Assembly (NCBI GenBank): GCA_050250895.1
Contig: JBFWNU010000005.1
Location: 9,235 to 73,234, forward strand
Reading direction: 5' to 3'
Length of the DNA: 64,000 nucleotides
Source of the DNA: Vulcanimicrobiota bacterium
GTDB taxonomy: Bacteria > Vulcanimicrobiota > Xenobia > Xenobiales > JADMJV01
Position numbers and translations under genes: made by a program. Below, piece after piece: positions 57,059 through 64,000 of the stretch. Numbering within the stretch: the first letter of the stretch is position 1; each line of letters begins with the position of its first letter. The notes under the pieces are model-generated. The model made no database searches and was not told the origin of the DNA. It worked only from the letters and a program-made list of their open reading frames with translations.

Positions 57059-57539
57059 CGTGGCGGGCGCCGCCGCCATCAACAGCAGGCGCCGACACGG
57101 CCGCCCCACTAAATTCTGTGTGGCGGAACTCGCCCCCGGCCTTAGCTGTTAGAGCCAGCGAACCGAAGGTCAACAGGGCCAGCACTGCCAGGGCTCCCAG
57201 GGGAGCGGCTGGCAGCTCCCGGTTGCGCCAACCAATCAGCGCCCCAAGCGAGAGCATGCCTAGCACCGAGGTTGCGATCAGAGAGATCTCGGCGCGCTCT
57301 TCGTGCTCGTGAATCAGGCGCTCACTGACCCCGGCGATGTGCTCGACCTTCTCTTCGGCGGGCTCGCCGGTGAGATAGGCTGGCACGGCTGCTAGAGCCG
57401 CCAGGGCGAAGGTGGCCAGAGCGGCTCGTTTGAGGTCTGAGCTACGGGCCAATCCAGCCGCCCCCAACAGGAGCAGGCCGAAGGGAACGCCCAGCACAGG
57501 TAGGTGATTAAGAAGCAGGTGAAGGTATGCGGTATCCAT
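57045..57539 (-). CDS. Hypothetical membrane protein
   Basis: Four predicted TM segments; C-terminal Asp run. Confidence 0.45.
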   Translation of the reverse strand: MDTAYLHLLLNHLPVLGVPFGLLLLGAAGLARSSDLKRAALATFALAALAAVPAYLTGEPAEEKVEHIAGVSERLIHEHEERAEISLIATSVLGMLSLGALIGWRNRELPAAPLGALAVLALLTFGSLALTAKAGGEFRHTEFSGAAVSAPAVDGGGARHDDDD

Positions 57540-57617
57540 ACCCTTAGCTTAGCCGATCAGGGTAAAGACTGGCCAAAGCGCAGGTTAAGCTCAGGTTAAG
57601 GCCCGAAACACCGGTCC

Positions 57618-59237
57618 ATGAGCGACTTCTTTCAAGCCTTACGCCAGGCGAGGCCAAACCCCGACGGTCGGCGCTGGCTTTATGTCCCTTACGATCAGCT
57701 CAGCGACGAGCTCGGGCCGCTGGCGAGCGAGCCGGCCGAGGAACTCGGCGTCGTGCTCATCGAAAATCCTGGCAAAGCCGCTCGCCGACCTTATCACCGC
57801 CAGAAGCTGGCTTACATCCTGGCCAACCAGCGACACTTTGCCCTCGAGCAAGCAGGCCGCGGCGTGGCGGTGCGCTATCTGGTGGCCGACAGCTATGCCC
57901 AGGCCCTGGAGTCGGTCTCTGAACTGGGACCTTTGCGCGTGATGGAGCCGGCCGAGCGCGAGCTGCGCCGGGAACTGGCCCCCCTGTTCGAGTCGGGCTT
58001 GCTCGAACAGTTGCCCCACGAAGGCTGGCTGACCACCCCCGAACAGTTCAGAAAGAGTCAGAAGTCGGGCGGCTTCAAGATGGATGCCTTCTATCGCAAG
58101 GTTCGCCAGGACACCGGAATTTTGATGCGCAACGGTTCGCCCGTCGGCGAGAAGTACAGCCACGACGCGGCTAACCGCCAGGCCTGGTCGGGTGAGCCCG
58201 AGGCTCCCGAACCGCCCGCCTTCAAGCTAGACCCTATCAAGCGCGAGGTGGGCCAGCTGATCGAGAAGAGCTTTGGTCATCACCCCGGGCGGCTGGACCT
58301 CGAGCGCCTGCCGGCTAGCAAAGACGAGGCCGTTAGCCTGTGGGAGTGGGCCAAGCAGCATTGCCTGAAGAGCTTCGGACCCTATGAAGACGCCATGTCG
58401 TGGCGCTCGCGAGGAGTCTTTCATACTCGCATCTCGCCACTGCTCAACCTTCACCGCATCCTGCCCCGCACCGTCATCGCCGAGGTGCAACAACTCGACA
58501 TTCCCTTGTCTTCCATGGAAGGCTTCGTTCGCCAGGTGATCGGCTGGCGCGAGTACGTGCGACACGTCCACCGGGAGACGGACGGCTTCCGCAGTCTGGG
58601 CGGCAGGATGAGCCGTCAGGGTGACGGCGGCTACGAGCGGTGGGCGAACCAGGCCTGGCCCGGTCAACCCCCCGAAGAACAAGCCGAGCCCAACTTTTTC
58701 GAGGCGTCTCAGGACTTGCCCCCGGCCTACTGGGGCCGGCCCAGCGGGCTGGCGTGTCTTGACCAGGTCGTCGACGACGTGTGGTATGAAGGCTGGAGCC
58801 ACCACATCACCCGCCTGATGGTCCTCTCCAACCTGGCTACGCTTTTGGATCTCTCGCCTCGCCAGCTGACCGACTGGTTCTGGGTGGCTTACATCGATGC
58901 TTTCGACTGGGTCGTCGAACCCAACGTGCTGGGCATGGGCACCTATGCGGTGGGAGAGTTGATGACTACCAAGCCCTATATCTCGGGGGCTGCCTACATC
59001 CACCGCATGAGCGACTACTGCCAGCGGTGCCGCTTTGATCCCAAAAAGGACTGCCCTATTACCCGTCTGTACTGGGCCTTTTTGGGCCGCCACGCCGAGC
59101 GTCTCGAGGGCAACTTTCGTCTGGCCATGCCGCTACGCAGCCTGGCCAAACGTAGTGCGGCCAACAAAGCCAAAGACGCCGAAACCTTCGAGCGGGTGCT
59201 CGCAACCCTCCAGGCCGGAGGCCGGCTCGAGCCTTAG
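57618..59237 (+). CDS. Cryptochrome/photolyase-family protein of the FeS-BCP / COG3046 type (putative (6-4) photolyase)
   Basis: N-terminal YVPYDQLSDELGPL, C-terminal Cys cluster CQRCRFDPKKDC consistent with the 4Fe-4S photolyase lineage. Confidence 0.7.
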   Translation: MSDFFQALRQARPNPDGRRWLYVPYDQLSDELGPLASEPAEELGVVLIENPGKAARRPYHRQKLAYILANQRHFALEQAGRGVAVRYLVADSYAQALESVSELGPLRVMEPAERELRRELAPLFESGLLEQLPHEGWLTTPEQFRKSQKSGGFKMDAFYRKVRQDTGILMRNGSPVGEKYSHDAANRQAWSGEPEAPEPPAFKLDPIKREVGQLIEKSFGHHPGRLDLERLPASKDEAVSLWEWAKQHCLKSFGPYEDAMSWRSRGVFHTRISPLLNLHRILPRTVIAEVQQLDIPLSSMEGFVRQVIGWREYVRHVHRETDGFRSLGGRMSRQGDGGYERWANQAWPGQPPEEQAEPNFFEASQDLPPAYWGRPSGLACLDQVVDDVWYEGWSHHITRLMVLSNLATLLDLSPRQLTDWFWVAYIDAFDWVVEPNVLGMGTYAVGELMTTKPYISGAAYIHRMSDYCQRCRFDPKKDCPITRLYWAFLGRHAERLEGNFRLAMPLRSLAKRSAANKAKDAETFERVLATLQAGGRLEP

Positions 59238-59761
59238 GCGAGCATCTGCTGAAGAGTTTTGACCACCTTCAGGTTGCGCATGGTCATCGAGACACCCAGG
59301 CCCTTTTCGAAGTAGGCGTTGGTCAGTTTACTGCGACCGATACCGTCGGGACAATGCAGATAGACGGCCCGACCGATCACCGAGAACTGTTCGCTCTCTT
59401 TTTTGACGGGCTTGAGTTCGACCTCGGCGGGCTCTCGGTCGAGAAAGCCCACGAAAACGCGGGTCGGACTCTCTTCGCCCGCTTTGGCATAGGGGTTGGC
59501 AGCCGCGATTTCGTCCATCGTCTCGGAAGAGATGACCATCACCGAGACCTCGTAGCCCCACTTCTCTTTGATGGCCCCGCTAATGGTGTCGGCCAGCTTC
59601 TTGGGAGAGCCCTTAGCCAGGAAGACGACATTGCCGGTCTGGATGTAGCTTTCCACATCCTGGAAGCCTTGTTCGCGAAACAGATCGCGCAATTCAGCCA
59701 TGGCGATTTTGTTGTGCCCCCCAACATTGATGCCCCTCAGCAGGGCCAGCCACTTTTGCAT
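59234..59761 (-). CDS. DUF1697 family protein
   Basis: MQKWLALLRGINVGG typical DUF1697 N-terminus; start moved to this Met. Confidence 0.65.
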   Translation of the reverse strand: MQKWLALLRGINVGGHNKIAMAELRDLFREQGFQDVESYIQTGNVVFLAKGSPKKLADTISGAIKEKWGYEVSVMVISSETMDEIAAANPYAKAGEESPTRVFVGFLDREPAEVELKPVKKESEQFSVIGRAVYLHCPDGIGRSKLTNAYFEKGLGVSMTMRNLKVVKTLQQMLA

Positions 59762-59970
59762 GGGCCGTGCTTCCAGGTTGGAAAGCGACTCCCTGGGCCA
59801 AATCATTAGGATTTCTTTAGAGGCTAGAGGGTGTTTTTGATCGTCGCCAACGCCACGCCGGCCTATGCTGATGCCATGTTGGAGATCGTCATCGGACTGG
59901 CTATCCTTTTCCTCACGTTGGTTGCTCTAGCCTCGGCTCTGGCCGAGATCAAGGGAAACCGGCCGTCCTC

Positions 59971-60438
59971 TTGCGAACCATGGGGCTCGGAGGGACAAGC
60001 CGGATGCAGCGAATCGAGCAATACCTTGACCTGATGCTTCACGTGCTCAGGGCCGACGGGGTCGTCGACCCGGCCGAGCGAGAGAAATTCATGGCTATCA
60101 TGGTCGAAGGCTTGCAGCTTCGACCCGAACTGGTCGAACGTTACCGCAAGGCTCTGGAATGCTCGGATTGGACCGAGGTCAGCGACGATGAGTTGGCGGC
60201 CCTGGGAGAGGGCCTCGAGCCTGGCTCCATCGCTCACATGGTCAAAGATGCCTATGCCATGGCCGAGGCTGACGGCAACTTCGATGTCAGCGAACTGGTC
60301 CTGGTGCGGCGTTTCCTCAAGGCGATCGGGATTCCCGAGACGCGCATGGAGGCTATCGACAACTGGGCCCGGGTGTCGCTCGAAGTGGCCCGCAAGGGCG
60401 AGCGCCTCTTTGTGCGGGTCCCTCAGGAGGCTCGCTAG
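59971..60438 (+). CDS. TerB-like (tellurite-resistance TerB family) protein
   Basis: LRADGVVDPAEREKF and a second helical repeat with AMAEADGNFD; a later Met at 60004 is a possible start. Confidence 0.5.
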   Translation: MRTMGLGGTSRMQRIEQYLDLMLHVLRADGVVDPAEREKFMAIMVEGLQLRPELVERYRKALECSDWTEVSDDELAALGEGLEPGSIAHMVKDAYAMAEADGNFDVSELVLVRRFLKAIGIPETRMEAIDNWARVSLEVARKGERLFVRVPQEAR

Positions 60439-60606
60439 ATGTCGGGGTTTTCGGCCTTTGCCGCTGCCTCGTTTCAGATGAAGAAGCTAGCCGAAGGGGC
60501 GGTGGCCTTCAGCTTCCACGAGCAAGCCGACGGGTTTGCCGAGAGTCTTGACGACGGCATCACTCTGAGCCCTCAGGCGCTGGCCTTCTTGCACGACGAG
60601 GAGTAA
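60439..60606 (+). CDS. Small acidic ORF (55 aa) below the ORF-track size cutoff
   Basis: AGGAGG RBS 8 nt upstream of an ATG that immediately follows the TerB stop; followed by tandem hairpins. Confidence 0.3.
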   Translation: MSGFSAFAAASFQMKKLAEGAVAFSFHEQADGFAESLDDGITLSPQALAFLHDEE

Positions 60607-60614
60607 AGAAATTA

Positions 60615-60657
60615 GGCCGCCCGCAGGCGGCCTTCGCGAAGGTGGTGGGCCACCTTC
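60615..60657. terminator. Tandem hairpins acting as a bidirectional terminator
   Basis: GGCCGCC-cgca-GGCGGCC then GAAGGTGG-tggg-CCACCTTC; on the minus strand followed by TAATTTCTTT, after the pseudopilin gene. Confidence 0.45.
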
Positions 60658-60800
60658 CCCATTGTTGGAGCCGAGTTCGTCGGCTCACCCCTATCCCCGT
60701 GTTGGACTGAGGGCACAGCCTCAGTCTAAACGCTGTTTACAAAATTGTAACAAAGTGAGTATAGCACATCGAGAAAAGGCGAGCAACCGAGAGGTTTGGA

Positions 60801-61409
60801 CTAGTTCCTCATGCGGACCACGCCCTCGAGACGGACTCGTTCTTCATCGCTGCGACCGTAGCGTTGCTTGCGAGCATCGAGGGTCACCCTCAGCAGGGGT
60901 TCGTTGGTGGGCGGTTGGGAGTCTAGAAAGAAGGAGCAATCGTAGATGTCGGACGCCAGCCGGCGTCCGGCCGTGAGATACCCCGTGATGTTGGTCCCGG
61001 TGCTCGAGATAGGAGCGGCCGTGGTGGTGGGGGACGCCAGGGGGACCTCGCGACGAAGCACCTGCCGGGTGGCCGGGTCGTGATAGAGGACGACGTATTT
61101 CTGCCACAGTGGCTGGCCGGCCGCGTCCACCTGAAAGTCGGTGTCGTAGACGGCCGAGAGAAAAGCGACCGAGCCATTGTTGGGGCCAATCGTCACCGAG
61201 TCATAGACCGTCTGCTCGGCGTCGCGCGAGAAGCGGCTCAGCACCGCCTGGTTGGCGCGCACCAGATCGGTGGCCGCGTTGGTGCGCATCAGGGCGTTGG
61301 AACCCAGGCGATAGATGGCGAAGATGGCAGCTGTCAGCAACCCGAGTAGACAGGCCGAGATGAGCACCTCAGGCAAGGTGAAGGCCTTATGGGTAGAGGT
61401 AGGTTTCAA
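60801..61409 (-). CDS. Pseudopilin (prepilin-type N-terminus KAFTLPEVLIS)
   Basis: TTG start just upstream of the KAFTLPEV motif; the ORF-track extension to 61604 encodes a Pro/Arg/Cys-rich leader of doubtful reality. Confidence 0.55.
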   Translation of the reverse strand: MKPTSTHKAFTLPEVLISACLLGLLTAAIFAIYRLGSNALMRTNAATDLVRANQAVLSRFSRDAEQTVYDSVTIGPNNGSVAFLSAVYDTDFQVDAAGQPLWQKYVVLYHDPATRQVLRREVPLASPTTTAAPISSTGTNITGYLTAGRRLASDIYDCSFFLDSQPPTNEPLLRVTLDARKQRYGRSDEERVRLEGVVRMRN

Positions 61410-61815
61410 GCTCGACCTTATGATTGCGTCCCCAGCGAATCTGGACCTGCACGGAACGGGGCGGACTGATGGCTCCAACCACCGGCACGGTATCGGTGCG
61501 CACGATGATGTCGTAGCGCGTCCCATCGATGGTGGAGCTGGGGTAGGGCGTGGGAGGAAACCCGGTTCCAGCCGGTGGGGTCGGCACCGTGGCGCTGCCG
61601 TCAAAGAGGTTCTGGCCGGGCGGAATGGACGCGTAGCCCTGGGCTCGCGCCCGATCCAGCACCTGGCGGCCCAGCTCGCCGGCGGTGGCCAGCTGGGTCG
61701 ACTGGGCGCTGAGCGTCACTCCGCCAAGAAAGACCTGGATAGTCCCCAGCAAAGCCACCGCCAGGATCCCCAGGGCCACCACCACCTCCATGATGGTAAA
61801 GGCCCGTCGTCTCAC
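61387..61815 (-). CDS. Type IV pilin-like / pseudopilin
   Basis: RRRAFTIMEVVVALGILAV prepilin N-terminus. Confidence 0.6.
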   Translation of the reverse strand: MRRRAFTIMEVVVALGILAVALLGTIQVFLGGVTLSAQSTQLATAGELGRQVLDRARAQGYASIPPGQNLFDGSATVPTPPAGTGFPPTPYPSSTIDGTRYDIIVRTDTVPVVGAISPPRSVQVQIRWGRNHKVELETYLYP

Positions 61816-63683
61816 TAGCGGGCCACCCAGGTGGTCACCGTCATGGGTCCGGTGGCCGCCTGCGAAGTGTCGTCGAAATAGGCCTTGTTGTAGGTGATGC
61901 TGGTGCCGCTATTCAGCAGAACGTCTCCGGGAGCCACCGTTTGGCCGTTGATGTCGACGGGCTGTTGCGAGCCGTCGTCGTTGGCGATGACCGCGCCCAC
62001 AATGTTGACCTGATTGTCGGCATAGAAGTAGCCGTTGGTGTAGATCACTCCCTGGAAGTTCGAACTTCCCAGGCGACCGAAGCCAATCTGCTGATGGATG
62101 GAAAGCACCTGACCCCAGAGGTGGGCGTGGGTGGTGTACTGGTCGCCTACGCTGTCGAGCAGACCGGCGTGGGTGGAGGGGATGTCGGGATTGAAGTTGT
62201 TGAGGACATTGAGGTCTCCGCCCAGGTGGCTGCCGCCCCCTTTGAACAGGTCCGAGACATAGGTCAACCGCTTGACCATGAACTGCTCGGTCGGACCGCT
62301 GCCAGCGGCGTTGACCACCGTGGCAATTTTTTCTAGCACGGCCTCGTCGCTACCGCCGAAGCCGGGCTGGCCGGTATTGAACGGCGCCAGAGTGCGCTGG
62401 ATGTCGACCCGGCGGTCGCGCACGGTGGTGCCGAAGTCGGCCACCCCGTAGTTCTGCATATCGGTATCGAGGGCGTCGAGAGCGGTCTTGGCCTGGTCCC
62501 ACCAGAGGGACAACTGGGGATTGCCCTGAGCCGTGGCCAGGTCCTGGATGTATTGGTCTCCGTCGAAACCGGTGAGTTCGACGCTGCCCTTGCTGAAGAT
62601 CGAGACCTTGCGATCGTTGTTGGTCACGATGGTGGCGTCACCGCGAAAGACGGTGGCCGGCTCGTCGGGGTCGGCGCCGTTCACGTAGAGCCCCCCATCG
62701 CCGGTGATCGACCCGTTGACGGTCACCTTGCCGTTGACATAGAGGGTGGCGCCGTTGAGCACCAGATCGCCATTGACCAGCAGGTCTCCGTCATAGTAGA
62801 AGTCTTCCGGAGTGCCGCTGCCCAGAGTGGCTCCACCCACGGCGGGAACGGTGGCCGGCGTGGCCGTCTGTTTAGCCAGGATTTCCGCCTCGATGTCGAC
62901 GGTGGGAAAGGGCTTGGCGCTGGCGTTGTTCTGGGTCGGCGGGCTGCCTCCGAGGGTGGCGCCGGTGAGGCTGATGCCCGAGGCCGCCACTGCACTGACC
63001 GTGCCGGCGATGGTAGCGGTGGTGCCGGGGTCCTGGGTCCACTTGATCAGGTCCGGGTCGCTACCGGCAAAGTTCGAGTGAATGCCCGCCGGTTCAGGGG
63101 TGGGATCGTCGAGGGCCCCGATGCCCTCGACGCGTACGTCTCCTCGCATGTGGACCCGGCCCGAGTTGAGCAGAGCCACGTCCACCTCGGGGCCTCCACC
63201 CCGCCGCACCAGCACCTCGACTACGCGCTCGACCGGGCCCACCCGGGCTACCACCACCAGATCGGCCACGCCCGGGGGTACGGTGCCGTCGCCCCGAGGG
63301 CCATTGACCACGGCCAGTCCGGCCAGGTTGTTGACCGACTCGTGCTTACCTACCGACTGGGTGTCGGCGTTGGTATTGAAGATCAGAGTGTAGCTGCCCC
63401 GGCCCCCCAACAACGTGGTCGAGTTGAACCCGCCCACCCAGGCCCGGTTGGCCTCGAGTTCGGCCAGGGCGTGAGCCACGCCCGCTTCGGCTGCGCCCAG
63501 CGCAGCCAGGCGGTCGGTGTGGCCTCTGGTCGTGAAGTTGCCCCCGGTGGCCCCGGCCACAATGGCCACGAGCATGATCATCAGCACCGTGGCGAATAAG
63601 AGCGCTGTAATGAGGGCGATGCCCCGCCGTGTCCCGTTCCCCATGTTAACATAATAGCAACAAATCGACCGGTTTGCACCCAT
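61815..63683 (-). CDS. Large GspK/PilX-like minor pseudopilin
   Basis: TRRGIALITALLFATVLMIMLVAIVAG N-terminus, 622 aa, Gly/Thr/Asn-rich beta-type repeats. Confidence 0.55.
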   Translation of the reverse strand: MGANRSICCYYVNMGNGTRRGIALITALLFATVLMIMLVAIVAGATGGNFTTRGHTDRLAALGAAEAGVAHALAELEANRAWVGGFNSTTLLGGRGSYTLIFNTNADTQSVGKHESVNNLAGLAVVNGPRGDGTVPPGVADLVVVARVGPVERVVEVLVRRGGGPEVDVALLNSGRVHMRGDVRVEGIGALDDPTPEPAGIHSNFAGSDPDLIKWTQDPGTTATIAGTVSAVAASGISLTGATLGGSPPTQNNASAKPFPTVDIEAEILAKQTATPATVPAVGGATLGSGTPEDFYYDGDLLVNGDLVLNGATLYVNGKVTVNGSITGDGGLYVNGADPDEPATVFRGDATIVTNNDRKVSIFSKGSVELTGFDGDQYIQDLATAQGNPQLSLWWDQAKTALDALDTDMQNYGVADFGTTVRDRRVDIQRTLAPFNTGQPGFGGSDEAVLEKIATVVNAAGSGPTEQFMVKRLTYVSDLFKGGGSHLGGDLNVLNNFNPDIPSTHAGLLDSVGDQYTTHAHLWGQVLSIHQQIGFGRLGSSNFQGVIYTNGYFYADNQVNIVGAVIANDDGSQQPVDINGQTVAPGDVLLNSGTSITYNKAYFDDTSQAATGPMTVTTWVAR

Positions 63684-63739
63684 CCAAAAGTAGCGAAATC
63701 GACAGGATGGCTGGGGGCGAACGGGCGAATGCGAACCGC

Positions 63740-64000
63740 ATGCAGGTGATCGCCGTCAACGTAGGACAGGCCAGGACTCTCGTCAAGGGTCGGGGCCAGA
63801 GCAAAACCGGCATCTTCAAGACCGCCGTCGAGGGTCCGGTGACGGTCGGTCCCCTCGGGCTCGAGGGGGACGTGCAGGTCAACCGCAAGCACCATGGCGG
63901 CCCGGACCAGGCGGTTTATCTATATGCGGCCGACGATTACGTCTGGTGGCAGAGTCAGTTGGGTCGCGAGCTTGAGCCGGGCACGTTCGGTGAGAACCTG
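63740..64000 (+). CDS. MOSC domain protein (YiiM-like), 5' part; runs off window end
   Basis: MQVIAVNVGQ...KTGIFK...GLEGDVQVNRKHHGGPDQAVYLY...GENL matches the MOSC N-terminal beta-barrel. Confidence 0.7.
   Translation, partial: MQVIAVNVGQARTLVKGRGQSKTGIFKTAVEGPVTVGPLGLEGDVQVNRKHHGGPDQAVYLYAADDYVWWQSQLGRELEPGTFGENL

Noticed and set aside
57639-58163. 174-aa minus-strand ORF
   Set aside because: Antisense to the FeS-BCP photolyase gene.

Overview
High-GC (~65%) bacterial chromosomal window with dense coding on both strands. Many GTG/TTG starts, many 4-nt ATGA/GTGA start-stop overlaps, and several apparently leaderless genes. No rRNA, tRNA or CRISPR array was found. Recognisable content includes a peptidoglycan-binding protein, a NupC nucleoside transporter fused in an operon to a short KdpD-like kinase and KdpE-like regulator, and two RecQ-family helicases flanking a Hanks-type Ser/Thr kinase. 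Also present are a Uma2 endonuclease, a small HD-domain (p)ppGpp-hydrolase-like protein, an aminotransferase, an FHA-GGDEF protein, and a REC-SARP/BTAD regulator with a GAF histidine kinase. There are two pseudopilin clusters: one carries a PilC lacking its N-domain, a separate PilC-N-like protein, and a pseudopilin fused to a TolB-like beta-propeller. Metabolic genes include GlpD, pyruvate kinase, cyanophycinase with an isoaspartyl dipeptidase, an APC transporter, a formyltransferase, an OmpR-type two-component system, an FeS-BCP photolyase/cryptochrome, DUF1697, TerB-like and MOSC proteins, plus a DUF222/HNH (13E12-like) gene beside a GNAT pseudogene. The most unusual features are: (1) a compositionally foreign (~50% GC) three-gene cassette at 26.4-28.3 kb of uncharacterised proteins; (2) a 23-nt element conserved at identical spacing immediately upstream of the GTG starts of glpD and pyk; (3) a 13-15-bp perfect palindrome present three times around the HNH/GNAT-remnant region; and (4) several novel repeat or low-complexity proteins (GDTSYWS-repeat protein, Gly-zipper/Met-Gln-rich protein, Q/N/Y-rich protein). 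Coordinates of hairpins, palindromes and the conserved element were hand-counted and may be off by 1 nt.
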